This document shows, piece by piece, positions 14,190-28,629 of a stretch of DNA of 64,000 nucleotides (positions are counted from its first letter, which is position 1; each line of letters starts with the position of its first letter). The stretch spans positions 18,538,001 to 18,602,000 of the forward strand of contig OX597818.1 of assembly GCA_951406725.2 (NCBI GenBank). Reading direction: 5' to 3'. The position numbers and the translations under genes were made by a program. The DNA comes from Octopus vulgaris. Its lineage: Eukaryota. The notes under the pieces are model-generated. The model worked only from the letters and a program-made list of their open reading frames with translations. It was not told the DNA's origin and did not search any database.

Positions 14190-15093
14190 TAATTGATGCC
14201 TTCGACTCCCAGACAGAAACAGGCACGGAAGTAGTTGTAGCTAAGGCGTAACTCTATTCTTCCCCAAACTCCTGGGCACTCGTGCTGCAGTCTCACAACC
14301 AGATGAAGTTTGACATCTTGCCCAGCTGTAGCGTAGCTTAAAGGGTATCATATTAAGGAAGAACTTTATGTATTATGCGTTCTGTTTGTGTGTGTGTGTG
14401 AAAGAGAGAGAGGGGAAGAATGAAATGGAAGGAGGGACACAAGGAGGGAGAGAGCGGAGGAGAGGGAGAAGAATAGAGAGAGGAGAGAAGGAGAGGAATA
14501 GAGAGAGAGAAGGAGAAAGAGTATGTGTTTGCGTTTGTGAGCGTGTGTGTGTGTTTCTCCGGGTAGTACAAAATCTAGATATACCACCGATCTTGAAACA
14601 AAAGACATCACACGAATGCTTGTAACAGAGAGGACTGTGCTATAGGCACCTATGATTCTGGTGCGCTGAATCAATGTTGTTCCATTACCAGAACAGAACT
14701 GAATTCGCTATAGTCAGTAGAGTGTACGTTGTTGGGTAACCTATGCCACATGTATTAGCAGTGTCACGTTATACGTGTTATTAAGTGATGAATTTTGGAA
14801 AAATTGTGAGAAATTGTGGGACAAAAATCTTCCTACTATATCAGGTTTTAAAATAGTTTATAATAATTTAGTCAAAACTGGAAACATGCATAAGTGTTAC
14901 TTGTGCATATAAGTGACACTTATAAGATGTTTATTAAAGAAATTAAAATCTGCACACGTGTTGAGCTGAAAGAATTCACCACCATTGATTTAGTAGATCG
15001 AGTGGAAGTACGGAGTGGAAATTTTTCAATTGAATGATTTTCTTTCATTTAGATGAAATAATGTAAACAGCGAATCAACACGCTAGAACATTA

Positions 15094-16173
15094 CAGGGTT
15101 TTGCAGATAAAGTCAGGCCAATTTTATGCAGTTGACTTAATGGGTTAAACATTTCATGTTTTGACAAAACCTTGCTTGAAGATCTAATCCTCCCCTTTAT
15201 TTTTGAGGTAAATAGCGAACAGATTCGAGAACAGAAAGTAATGGAGCTATAGAAACGTTCCGCCATTGTAGTTTTGGCGCTCGTCGGGGCACACTGCCAA
15301 TAAAATTGTTAAGTTGACGAAATTTCCAAAAACAAAACTCATCCACATTCATGGCAACTTTTGCAAAGAAACGTAATGTGTCCCTTTCCACGTTGTCCAC
15401 AGCTGTGAAAAGGAACCTTGGCATGATTAGCTATGTTTGATGACGCCGTTACCTCCTGACAACTAAAGCCAAAGCAATCAGAGCCGAGAGATGCCTAAAG
15501 CATGTCATTCCTTAAACATTAAGGTGAAGGGAAAACCTCTCATGTTTGGGGATGAGAAGAAGTTCACTGTGGACGCTGAGGTGAATTACTACTCTTCTGA
15601 CATCCTCCCTGTGTTTGAGACTAAGAATCCTGCCTCTATAATGATATTTGGAGCCGTGGCGAGTGATGAAGTTATCATGGAGCTACACTTCATGGAGTCT
15701 GGTTTGAAGGTTGGAACAAAGGAGTATGTATGGAGCAGAAGGTTGGGCTTGTCAATGTGGTGCTTATGCAGGATTCTACACCATGCCATGGATCAAAACC
15801 AACACAGGATTTCGTTGGTGAGAACATTCATTTTTTTGTAAAGGCCAATATCTGACCCAGTAATAGCTTAGATCTCAACCTTCTTGATTACTTTTATGGG
15901 GTGTAATTCAAGTATGAACAGTTTGAAGACCTGCATCATGTGTGTGATACGCAAAATAAAAAAGGCGGACGTTGTGGCAGCTGCAAAAAAGGCAGACGTT
16001 GTGGCAGCTGCAAAAAATTTCGTTCTCGTGTGGAGGTAGTAATTACCTAAAATGGCGGCCTTATCGAGTGATAAATGTTGCATTAAATTTATATCTGTCT
16101 ACTACCATTATTTTAGTATTTATAACCAGTTTTATGCATCGTAAATTTGTCTGAATTCATCTGCTAGACCCTG
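15094..16173 (+). mobile_element. Tc1/mariner DNA transposon, decayed (SPDLNPLDY-type third aspartate, maT/DD37D-like)
   Basis: TA-flanked TIRs CAGGGTTTTGCAGATAAAGTCAG and CTGAATTCATCTGCTAGACCCTG. Motifs GDEKKFTV, TKNPASIMIFGAVASD, QDSTPCHGS and PSNSLDLNLLDY, with stops and frameshifts. Confidence 0.9.
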
Positions 16174-18929
16174 TATAAAGAATATTTATTTTATTTCCAT
16201 ATCTATATAGAGTAGGGGAATGATAAGTACCCGAAACGATTGTGGTATTTGGTTATGTATTATATTCTGTATTCAAATGCTACTCTGGTCAGTTGTGCTT
16301 TTGATTTTTCCCAGGTCGATGAAGTAACGATTGTTCAAGAACTGAAGTCGATATAAACGTTTATAACCCTGAAGACCTTGCTCCAGAATGGCCGCATTCC
16401 AATGACAGAAAGGAGTAAACGAAAAATAGAATATCGACAAACACTGAACGTATCCCATAAAATGAATGAGAACTTCTCAATAAATGCACATCTTGATTTA
16501 AATTGGCTGAGAATAAGTGATCGGTGGATTAAGCAGGAAAGAAGAATGATGGAGGAAACATTACTATATTTGTTTGTCTGTTCGTAATGGAAATCCTCCC
16601 GGAATATTGGAAATAAATACCAGTCATACACTCTGGTGTAGATTTCATAGACTATACTTACTCTCCTTTATATTATTAATGTCCTTGTATTGGTTTAACC
16701 AATCAATATAGTTGACAATAGAATTAACATGAAGTGGGGAAACTGAAGCGAACGATTTAATGATTTTTGTTGTATTTATTTTATTGCAAGATAGCCATCT
16801 TTGCTGATTGTATCATTTATTGATCTTGTAGGTGAATAATTGTTATCTGAGATCGCAAGTATGTTTTGATATGTGTCACAAATGTAAAGCAACAATTGAT
16901 TCACAGCAATACGCAGTAACAAAAGAATACATTATTTAGATTTTTCCGACAAATAGAAATAGATTACAGACAGCATCTAATATCTCAAAATGCCACATGT
17001 AAGTTTAACGACTCAGATTCTTTTCACCCTAAATCTAAAATTATTTATTTGATTAGACGGAATTAATGTTCAGTTTGGTCGATGTTGTTATATTTTGGTT
17101 TGTATAGGATTGGTTTGGTAAAGTCTATTTCGGTCTAGCGCTGTCTGCTGTCTTGGATAGAAGTAATTTCCTCTCTTTAAGTCTAGTGTCGTCTTGTAGC
17201 TTGGATTGATGTGGTGTCGTTTGGTTTAATTAAATATCACATTAGGCCCTTCGATAATATTAGTTCCCGCCTCTTAGGTCTAATATTACGTGGCTTAGAT
17301 TGATGTACAAGCTTCAGTCAAGAACTGTCTAGCGACCTGGATAGAATATTCCTCTTTTGAAAAGTGCTATATGATGGCATGGTGTCTCTTAGTAACATAA
17401 ACTGAAAGGAAGCGGCAATTTTCTAGTCAAGTGTTTTCTGACTGCGTCTAGTGAACTTCGATACTTTTAGATGTTTTGATTTAACTAATCCCCAATACTC
17501 TTGAGGATTAGTTAAGAGTAATTTTGACTAGTATTTGATGCTTCTTTATTTCTGTTAATCATAAAGTTTGATGGAAGCTACTTTAAATTGTCGTGTGTAA
17601 TCTGAGATTGCATGGTGTTAAATGGTTTTGGCTTGCTTAGTTTTACTTTGTTCAATAATGTATTTCATTTTTTGTGTGTTGATTCCTCAGCTAAGATCAC
17701 TGATTTTTGTGTAATATTTATTTTTCTTCTATTGTTGACTAGTTTACCATGGATAATCAAAATGGCTGAATAGGTAACATATTGCGCAGCAAACTCAAAG
17801 GTTCAGAGTTTTAATTTCTGAAATATTTTTGCTTATTTATATTTTGGTACTGTGTTTGAGTTCACCTACTTTTCGGAATATTGGCACTTGGTTAGTTTCT
17901 GAATATTATGATACAGTGCTACTCCACAGAGACATGTGCTTTTCTCTAGCTTAACTCTTCGTAAACATAATCCAAGATCTGATCCAATGTATGGTAGTTT
18001 AAACATGCTTAGATGACAGTACTTTTTAAGCTAAGAATTGCGAGTTCTCGATGCTCATCTGCATATGTTTTATGTTTAAACCAAGAGAAATTTTCAGCTT
18101 GGATTTCAAACCAATTTACTACGTAATTAAGAAATCCCTACCAATAATGATTTCTAATTTGAAATAATCGCTAAAGATAACAAAAACTGAGATTTTAAAC
18201 CTCAACGTTTTGTTTATCACAAATATTAAAATGTTTAGATTTTACAACGTAATCTCAACAATCTTTGTTTTAGTTTCATTCACACAACTTTGAGGTTTTT
18301 GAATAAAATTCAATGATATTTGCAAGCGTATTCAGGTTTTATTTGCGAGTGAATCCAGAGTCAACATATTATCAATTTAACATTACTGCCATTGCTTATA
18401 AAACTATAGCACTGTGTGGCTCCTTTTTGCAGCTAAATAGACTGTGCTTCAGTGTGGTATTACAGTCAGCCTTCAAACACGAGCAAGTACGTCTTGATAA
18501 CATGCATAATTACTTTGGCTAATTGTTTTAGAAGACTATATAGTCGGGAGCAGATATAGGCACCTCAAGTTTTACCCAGCGGAACAACTGGAAAGAGAGA
18601 GAGAGAGCCGCACCAGCGACCGACTGACACTAATTTCCAGCTGAGTTGACTAGAGAAGCGTGAAACGAAGTACGTTGATCAAGGGTACAACACTTTGCCT
18701 CGGTCCAAGAACTGAACCTATGCTATTACGATCATGAACCGAAACTCTAACCACAATGTTGCGTGCCTTCAATTATCTTCTTGTGGTAGTACGGAATCCC
18801 ACAATGCTCTAGTATCCAATTTCTCGACGATTAGATGTTACGTTGGTATCTCCGATGTAAGCAGTTATGTTTTTCTGGATCTTTTATATTTTCATTTTAT
18901 GTAATTTGGATTCAGCTATAGAAAATTAT

Positions 18930-19102
18930 TCCCTTCTTTTACTTTTTACTTGATTCACTCATTGGATAGTGGCCATGCTGGGGTACCGCATTATAGGGTT
19001 TAGTCGGATAAATCAAGTTCGGTACTGGTAGTTTTTCTTTCTGTCTCTTATCCCTAACCACTATGTTATGTGAACATAAACAAATCACAATAGGATGTGA
19101 TA

Positions 19103-19163
<61 letters not shown>

Positions 19164-19184
19164 ACACATACACACATACACACA

Positions 19185-19238
<54 letters not shown>

Positions 19239-19335
19239 CTTATATATACGACGAGATTCCACACAATTTCCGTCTACCAAATTCACTCATAAGTCATGGG
19301 TTAGTCCGAAGATTTAGCAGACACTTGCCCCAACA
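18930..19335 (-). mobile_element. SINE family 2 (tRNA head, central TA/CA tract), degenerate
   Basis: Similar to the intact copy at 46838-47219 (tggccatgctgg..., tttccgtctaccaaattcactca..., agacacttgccc). Confidence 0.7.
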
Positions 19336-19437
19336 TATATATATGCTGTTTCAAAAGAATGTGTGATGGTCACGAGTAGACGGTCACGCTTTTGATTGTT
19401 TCCTCGATAACTGATGACTTGGGTTAATAGATTTCCT

Positions 19438-19489
<52 letters not shown>

Positions 19490-19957
19490 TCCTTTATTTC
19501 ATTCCCCTCCCCCTTTGTTTCTTTTATTTTTTTCTTCCTTCTTTTCCTTTCCTATCTTTTCTGCTTTCTTCATTCATATTTCTTTCATTCATTCTTTTTT
19601 TCTCGCTGTCAAATCATAATTTCTTACCATTCTTTCTTCTTTCTTGCAGATGTTCTGTTGTTTTCCTCTTTCTTTCTTCTGTCCTTTAATACTTTTTTGT
19701 TCGCTCCTTTCTTTCCTGTCCTTCCCCCCTCCTGCAATCACCTACCATTATTAACCCTAACTGGAATAAAAGCGCCAGTTTATCACAAGACCTGTTTATC
19801 CTACACAGACAATCAACAACACGTACACAATACTTCTGATGGATAATTAAAATAGGTTTCAAGTCAAAGAAGCATTTTCACTAGCTAGCGGATATCCGGT
19901 ATTTCAAACATTTCCACTAGTTTAACAATATACGCATGCTTTAAAGCAATTATTATG

Positions 19958-19984
19958 ACCACCACCACCACCACCACCACCACC

Positions 19985-20023
<39 letters not shown>

Positions 20024-20024
20024 G

Positions 20025-20067
<43 letters not shown>

Positions 20068-20098
20068 CACCACCACCACCACCACCACCACCATCACC

Positions 20099-20195
<97 letters not shown>
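19958..20195. repeat. (CAC)n/(TAC)n compound trinucleotide repeat
   Basis: Directly visible. Confidence 0.95.
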
Positions 20196-20314
20196 TGTCG
20201 TTGCCTTTTCACCATTTGGTGTTATTTTACTTGCTATTCTGCACTTCTATAGAGTTATTGCTATTGTTATACATTTAACAATGTGCCTTTGCTATCAATA
20301 TTGTTGATTTCGAG

Positions 20315-21240
20315 ACGGCGAGCTGAAAGAACTGTTACCATACTGGACTAAATGCTTAACGACCTTTCGTTCGTCATTCTTTACGTTCTGAGTTCATAAG
20401 CCACCGAGGTCGACTTTGCCTTTCAACCTTTCAGGATCGATGGAATAAGCACCAGTCAAGTACTGGGTACGATGAAATCGATTAACCCCCTGTCCCACAA
20501 AATTTCAAGCCTTGTGCCTATAGTAGAAATGTTATTAATGTTGATCTCAAGCTGGTGGATTTGTAGGATTGTTAGAGCGTCTGGAAGGCTGGTTTCTGGC
20601 ATTTGTTCCAACTGTTAAAGTTCTGAGTTCAAATCCTGTCGAGGTCAACTTTGCGTTTCATCCTTCCGTGGTTAATAATATAAACATAAAATAGATTAAG
20701 GCAATCCTCATAAAGTTTTTAGCCTTGTGACTATATGCAGTACAATATTGTTGATTTTACGTTTTTACTTTACTGTTTCTTGTTTGTCATTTCAGCCCCT
20801 TTTTTCACCTGGTACTGTCTTCAGCATATATAAGATCCATGTAGTCAATAAAAGAAGTCATAGCACAATCAGTCCAGAACGGGCCAAAATGAATTGCAAT
20901 AATGTTTTTCGTCTCTTTATGTTCTGCTTTCAAATACAACCGAGCTGGACTTTGCAGTTAATCCTCTCGGGGTTGAAAGATAAAATACCTGTAAAATCTT
21001 TGAAACCACGCAATTGTTTCTCTCAAATTTCATTCTTTGTACCTATGTTATAAATAATTATTGTTCCAGAACATTATTTAGAGTTCAATTCCTGTCAAGG
21101 TGAAATTTTTGCTTCTTCCCATCAGGTCGGTAAATAATTACTAGGTTAAGTACTGGGGTTGATGGCTCAACTAATCTCCTCCCGTCAAAATTTCTGGCTT
21201 AATGCTTAGCAGGAATGTTATCCTGGGGTTTACTGACACC
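20315..21240 (+). mobile_element. Cluster of four or more head-to-tail, progressively decayed SINE family 1 copies
   Basis: Repeated ggcgagctg...gttctgagttca...gaggtcgactttgcctttc blocks near 20320, 20550, 20900 and 21070. Confidence 0.7.
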
Positions 21241-21259
21241 AAGTCTTCTCAAATCTCAA

Positions 21260-21593
<334 letters not shown>

Positions 21594-22099
21594 ATATATT
21601 GCGAAATCTGTGATTTTACACTGTTTTTATTTTCGCGACGCTAAAATTATAACTGGTCGCTTTGCTTCAAAAATATGTCCAGGTCTTTATGAAGAAATCC
21701 CATAAAATTCTGTGGTTATCATTCGGCACCCCAGCTTCTGGCTCATGTTTATACCGTATTTCTGATATTCTGGACCTATATACTTCACTAACATCTCAAC
21801 GCATTCTTTTACCGATACAGTCATACCTGTACATATAAACTTTTTTTACTAGCTTTCTGCATTCACTCGAGATGGCTAATATCTCGTATCTTTTCTAAAG
21901 ATTCTACATTCATTTGCTTTCTTACTCGGTTTTATCAATTTCCGACTGTATCAATTTCATTTTTTTCATCTAATTGTCTGTTTCAGATTTCTATTTGTCA
22001 TCCACAACTAGTGTTATTTTTTTTTATTTCCAACTTCCTCAGTTTGATGCATGAAGTTTTAGCGTACAGTTTGAGATCATCCATATATAACAGGTTATT

Positions 22100-23400
22100 C
22101 ATTTTCACCTTGGTGTTAGCAGGCCGTAGGGTGGCCTGGATTTTATCACAATGCTTGTCAACGTTTATGGAGAAATACTATACAATCATTCAGCACCAAA
22201 GCATCTGGTCCACTAGCATCTGGAAAGCTGTTAAACACTCAGATTCCACACCTAGTTGCGAAATGCACCCGGTGAAACTTCCACATCGGCGTTCTTTAAA
22301 AGACTAACAGTGGGGAAATTCGACGATATTCTCGATGAAATTTTAAAGATCGATAAGAATCAAGTGGCTGTTTTTTATCTTCTGGAGAAATTTCAGCTTA
22401 TGATCTGTAGATAACTTATAAAATTCTTTGGTCTATTTGTGTCACTGGAGAGTATTGCCCTTTCGAGACAGAGAGCATTTTTATCACGTAAGTCATCAAG
22501 TAGTTATAACTTTCTACTATAGGCTAGAACAATGCTCTACCCAATAGTTTAAGTCCAACGTTAACGCTTTATAGAAGATTTTATAGAAGATCGACGAAAA
22601 CAACGACGATCTCGGTAAAACTCTGGACATCGGCGAAAATCAACTGGCTTCTCTGTTCCGGAGGATTATCGGAGCCGCGCCGACAAATAATTTCCACAAA
22701 TCTCTGGCTTGGCAGTGCTACCGGTGATAATTGTTGCTCAGAGACAACCTTAACAAGCACGAGAGTGCTATCAACCGGGTCTGTCCAAGATGTATGCAAC
22801 GTGATGAAACAGTTCTGCATGAACATCGCTGACTTGTGAAGATTGTCGAACAGCTATTGCCATGAGTAAGTAGGTTCTGTATATCAACTGTGTCCTTCGT
22901 GAAGATCCCTCCTTTGTCCAAGAAAGGCAGGTAGTTATCCTCTTTCCGGTGGATATGATGAAAGAGGTGTTATAATGGACGAAATTGAAAGTGCTAATGA
23001 CAGACGCTTTCCTCTTTAGACAAATCCTTATAAATATTTTACCAGTTTTATTTGCATGTAAATATGAGGATTGAGCTGAAAGTGTTGCCCACAACCCCAG
23101 AAATTGTTTAAAACGCAATTGAGATTAGCAAATATGGTATGTGTGAAGGGATCGACTGTGAGTATGGCTGTGCAGGCTTGGAAACAAGAAGAGGGAGAGG
23201 GTACTTGCTCTTCGTGGTCAGCATCATTGAGATGATTTTGTGGGTTTTCTATGAGTAGTTCTCAGCACTTACCCCTCTTATTTTGTTATTTTGTGGTTTG
23301 GCACTCTCTTGTTACCTTGTTCTTTTTTTTAATCCCATTTTACTAGTCACGAGCACCTGTCCACCTTTGTATGTTATCATTTTGTACTTTATTAGACCTT
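22100..23400 (+). mobile_element. L1/Tx1-like LINE 3' fragment (C-terminal zinc-binding region), decayed
   Basis: FHKSLAWQCYR ... RDNLNKH ... CPRCMQRDETVLH near 22690-22820, followed by a T-rich 3' region. Confidence 0.65.
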
Positions 23401-23413
23401 GAGGCTTATGAAA

Positions 23414-23471
<58 letters not shown>

Positions 23472-23740
23472 TCTTTTTATCACAGGTTTTGTTGGAACAC
23501 CTGGAGTCTTGCGGGCGTATCGGGCTTGCTGCATACAGGCTACAGTACAATGCTATCTGTTCTTTTCAGCTTTCTAATACTTTCCTGATTATTCTGGCCG
23601 TGCCAAGGAGGCAAATCTTTTCTAACAGTTCTACTCGGCACTCTATTCCAATTTCCTTTATATTTCCCTTGATGCCTTCTGATACTGTCCCCAAGGAGTC
23701 AACAATAATTGGCACTATCTTCACCTTCTTCACTTTCCAT
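23472..23740 (-). mobile_element. R4/Dong-type retrotransposon 3' end (subfamily A) in a TAA microsatellite
   Basis: Minus strand WKVKKVKIVPIIVDSLGTVSEGIKGNIKEIGIECRVELLEKICLLGTARIIRKVLES*; bounded by (TTA)n on both sides. Confidence 0.8.
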
Positions 23741-23752
23741 ATTATTATTATT

Positions 23753-24249
23753 CAGTAGTTTTATTTTTATTTTTATAGCGTGCTTTCACTTCACTACCGA
23801 GCGCAGCTCTGTGTGCCTTGGGTATGTGCTGTGATTTGTTGTGATGCTCTGATGGTTATTGTATGGAAAGTGTTCTGCGTAGGATGTGTGCAGTGCCTAG
23901 TAGTGCAATTTTCTGTATGTTATATGTGTTTGTAAGTCCTGGTGTTTTTGTTATGTATTTGTCTGAATATTTTTTTTATCATGCCTAATGCACCTACTAT
24001 GATAGGAATTGTTTCTGTTTTCAGATTCCACATTCTAGTTACCTCTATTTCCAGGTCTTTGTATTTTGAGAGTTTCTCCATTTCTTTTAGAGACACGTTG
24101 TCATCTGCCGGTACTGATACATCAATTAGAAAGCATTTTCTTTCTTCATGGTCTCTGACAACTATATCTGGTCTGTTGGCCTTAATTTCTCTATCTGTGT
24201 GTATCGGCATATCCCAGAGTATGGTTGCTTTCTCGTTTTCTGTGAGAAA

Positions 24250-24250
<1 letters not shown>
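23753..24250 (-). mobile_element. R4/Dong-type retrotransposon 3' end (subfamily B), RLE domain, in a TAA microsatellite
   Basis: ORF 23920-24210: PIHTDREIKANRPDIVVRDHEERKCFLIDVSVPADDNVSLKEMEKLSKYKDLEIEVTRMW...IPIIVGALG (PD..D restriction-like endonuclease); (TTA)n flanks. Confidence 0.9.
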
Positions 24251-24327
<77 letters not shown>

Positions 24328-25240
24328 TTGCCGCGGTCAACGTTGATTTTCATCTTTTCGGAGTCAATAAAATCAGTACCATTTGAACACTGGGGCCAAA
24401 GTAATCGACTCATCTCCCTCCGACATTGCTGGCTTTGTGCCAAAATTTGAAATCATCGTCGTCGTCTTACTCCCCCTCTTCCTTCTTCTTCTTCTTTTTC
24501 TCCTTCCTCTTCTTCTTCTTCTCCTCCTTCTTCTTCCTCTACTACTGCAAAAGTAGACGTATAGTAACAGGTCTATAGCATAAAATAGTTACCTTAATTA
24601 ATAACTCTGTATCTTTTTCTCCTTCCAACTCTCTTTTTCCTTTCTACACACTCTCCTTCTGCTTTACTTTCTCCTTCTCTACCTTACTCCTGTCTGTCCC
24701 TCTCTCTCTCTCTTTGTAGCTACAATTATGATGATGATAATAAAAGTAAACATTAATAAAATTAACAGCATCTCAAAGGAACAAACAAGTCGACCACCAC
24801 TATCACAAACAACAACAGTAACAACAAAAGCAACAGCGAAAGAATAATACATAAAGCTGATAAGCTAATCAATCAATGTAGTGTTAGTACAGACTATTTG
24901 AATGTAAGAGATTGCCAATTCTTATACAGTTACGGTAGGCAAGCAAATAATTTAGCAAAGCAGGCTGAAAAGATTAACGTTTAGAATGTCTAGATTCATA
25001 TCTATTCCTCGTCCTAATGTCTGAATAGACGAGATGTTGACTGACCTGATCTACACTGGCAACTGTTACAATAGGTTAACTAATGCATGTATGCACACAC
25101 AAGCACACACGTACACACACATGTATATACATACATATATGTATATGTATAGGAACAAAAACGGGTTAAAGGTTCACTACAGCTGTTTCATATATATATA
25201 TATATATATATATGTAGCGATGCCTGCTGGTTTCGGCTAC

Positions 25241-25283
25241 TCCGCATTGATAAGAGGCAAACACCTCGAAACTAGTCTGTGGA
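25241..25283 (+). ncRNA. Minimal type I hammerhead ribozyme, U3:A8 core variant, structurally intact
   Basis: UCCGCA-UUGAUAA-GAGG-CAAACA-CCUC-GAAA-CUAG-UC-UGUGGA: 6-bp stem I, 4-bp stem II, palindromic stem III ACUAGU, GUC site. Lies in a ~240-bp insert (25214-25450) between (TA)n tracts. Confidence 0.75.
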
Positions 25284-25449
25284 TGCCAGACCAGCAAGGG
25301 GAAACTGCTGACCTCCCCTGTTCGAAGGTTATAATGGACACAGGTTTGTGTGTTACATAGCTAGCTAGAGGTGATGGCCTCTTGGAGCTAATCAACGGCA
25401 GCATTCGTCCTATTTTTTGGGACTGCCATGTTAGCTTGGCGATAGCTAT

Positions 25450-25499
<50 letters not shown>

Positions 25500-25912
25500 T
25501 TCAGTTGAATTAAAAATCAAAAGTTTGTTTCGTATTTTTCATAATGTAATTGAATAATTCATCAACAAAAAAAAACGTGTCGGAAACAGGTGTAGTGAAA
25601 CTTTAAGCCATTTGTATTCTTATTTTATGCAAACACCGCACCTGGAACCTTTCCTGTGCTGGGTCTAGAACTTGAAGGGATCGTTAACCCACATGCCATT
25701 GAGCATGGGTATATATTTACATGCATATGTATATTTATATGTATGTGAATATTTGTATGTAGATGTACATGTATATGTAGGTTTATAGATCTGTCTGTAT
25801 GTGCGCAAAATACAAGAAACGGGCAACAAAACATCCAGATAGACGATACAAAGAAAATAAAGACGGGTCATTCGGAGCTTTCTTTCCTAGTCGATTATCT
25901 TTGCAATTTCGG

Positions 25913-26001
<89 letters not shown>

Positions 26002-26116
26002 CTCATACATATATGGTTAGGGTGTTGCAATCATGATTTCCAGATCGTGGGTTCGATTCCCCAGACGGGCATTGAGTATATATATATACTCATACATATA
26101 TACCATATACAGTTAC

Positions 26117-26400
26117 TGTGAAGTCGCATGGCTTAGTGGTTAGGGTGTTGCAATCATGATTTCCAGATCGTGGGTTCGATTCACCAGACGGGCATTGAGT
26201 TCATGAGCAAAGCACTTCATTCTACGTTGCTCTGTGATCATTTCGTCATCTGATATGTGGTACACGGGGTACTTGTACAAGTAATGTCGATTTGATGGAT
26301 TGAATGAGTTTATGTGTACACAAACATTTGGTTACTATAACTAAATCTGTGTACTTGTTCGGGAATTTCTTGTCCTCGTACGTCGTCTAACGACGGGAGA
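26117..26400 (+). mobile_element. tRNA-derived SINE (further family); head partly duplicated at 26013-26078
   Basis: GCATGGCTTAGTGGTTAGGGTGTTG...GGGTTCGATTC A/B boxes followed by gagcaaagcacttcattctacgttgctc. Confidence 0.7.
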
Positions 26401-26449
26401 GTCCATTACACTCACTCACACACACACACACACACACATTCACACAGAG

Positions 26450-26496
26450 TTAGATAGATAGATAGATAGATAGATAGAAAGATAGATAGATAGATT

Positions 26497-26574
<78 letters not shown>

Positions 26575-26575
26575 G
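26450..26575. repeat. (GATA)n microsatellite
   Basis: Directly visible. Confidence 0.95.
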
Positions 26576-27225
26576 ATAAAAAGGCAACCGTATATGTTTC
26601 TTTTTAATTTAACTTCCACAACTTTATTTTTCATAGTTTTCTCTAACCTGCGTCCGCAAATTCCCTTTCTATTTACATCTACCCATCACTTTCTATCTTT
26701 TTTGTAACCACACTTCCATTTTTTCTCTTTCATCTGTGACGCTTCTATCTCGGTCTCTCTCCTTTAATCTCTGGCCAGACATCAGCTTTGCTTAGTTTCT
26801 TAAATTTCACATTTTTATATTCATTTGCATGTTACTATCTCCTCACTCTCTTCCTTCCCACTTGGTATTTCTGTGTCCTATTTCCTCTTGGTTCCCGTTC
26901 CTCTTCCTAGGCCTTTTTATTCCACTGCTTTCGCAGCAACTCTATGTCTATTTTCGTCTCTCTCGATTTGTTGCTTTTTAGGACCATAACAATTTTCTAC
27001 CACTTTCCTTATTCGTTAATCTCTATTTACTGTCCAGGTCATTAAGTTTCCTGATTTTCATCTTTTTTCGCGAGTACTTGTCTATAATCTTGGAAATCTA
27101 TCATGTTGTGCATACGTCTATAATCTTGGAAATCTATCAGGTTGTGCGCACTTTTGGAACGAACAATATTGTCCTAAATGCCGAAGTTATGATTTCCAGT
27201 GGACAAGATAATCTGATCAAACTTA

Positions 27226-28478
27226 TGATGGTAGGCTAAAAAGTTCATCGGCTGATTAAGATATTCATGGCATGGTATCTACTCATGGAATGTGACAAAA
27301 TGAGGTTATTTTTTCAACATAGCCTTTTCCTTGCAGTCCACTCACTTCTTCCATCGCTGTTTCAGTGCTTGGATTGCATTGGCGTAGAAGCTTTGATCTA
27401 TTGCTCCAGAACATAATAAACAGTAGATATGAAGTCATCACTACTGCGATGCTGGTTCCCCGACAAGTGTTTTTTTTTTCATGTTGGGTAATTAATAATA
27501 AACAGATGGGGCCAAATCAGGAAGACAGGGAGGGTGATCAACCAGCTGAAGGCCTCTGTCGCGCACAGCAATCACTGAAAGCAAGGGCTTGTGTCCAGGA
27601 GCATTGTCCTAATGAACATGAAACCTTTCATCAGATTTCCTGGGTGTTTGGTCTTGACAGCCTTTCGTAACTGCCTCAGGAAGTTGGCATAGTACTACGC
27701 TCCATTGATGGTATGGCCCTTTTGAAGATAACCAATAAAAACAATGCCTTTTGCATCCCAAAATACTGAAGTCGTCACCTTTCCTACAGATGAAAAGACC
27801 GTAGCCTCTTTTTGAAGCATGTGCGGAAGGGTGTTCCCGCTGTTTGGCTTGTCTCTTTGTCTCTGGTTCAACGTCATCAATTCAACACTCGCCCTGAGTT
27901 AGGAAACATTCAAGAAAACAAGCTAGATCTGCCTGAAACGATGTCATTTTCTCGTGATGTGGTCAGCCTGGTGTCAAAAGACGGTAGTCAAAAGACGTGA
28001 CACCCACTGAGCAGAAACTTTTGTCATGACAAGTTCATTGAGCAAAATATTCTCAACTCCCTCACGAGTATACTAATAATATTGGCTATTGGTTCATAGT
28101 CAATAGTCTGTCATCCCTCAGGAATTTTAATTGCAGAACGTCAAAACCATGGATCATCTTCAAGACCTTGTCTTCCCCTCCTAAATTCAGCTGCCTACAT
28201 TTTCATTGTTAATAAAACTGGTGCGTTATTCCCTAATGTAATAACCACATCAGCATGAATGTTGTTGGGGGCCAAACCCTTTTTGTGTAGGTGGCTGAAC
28301 ACAATAATACCAAATTTTGTCGATTTTCAAGAGAAGTCACCACTAGTTACTTTTGAATTGCTTTTGAATTGTTCTTTGAACAGTTTACCTGGTAATAAAC
28401 AATACAATTACTAATAAGAAAAGATGAAATTAATGAATGCACTATTTCATAGCCTATGAAATTTTCAACCCACCCCAG
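27226..28478 (-). mobile_element. mariner-type DNA transposon, near full length, decayed
   Basis: TA-flanked TIRs (tgatggtaggctaaaaagttcatcggct and agcctatgaaattttcaacccaccccag); ORF piece SVGKVTTSVFWDAKGIVFIGYLQKGHTING. Confidence 0.9.
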
Positions 28479-28629
28479 TAGGCATACCCGTTTGTGCAAT
28501 CATTTCGATTTTCCTGTATGTCTAATAACTCTATATTAGTGTGTGCAGCTGATGCCACCCGCTCACATACACACGTACAAACACACACACGCACGCACAC
28601 ACAAGCATACATACATACATACATACCTC

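Noticed and set aside
16980-18100. Possible very old LINE on the minus strand
   Set aside because: Only a faint IGSD-like endonuclease motif; too decayed to call by eye.
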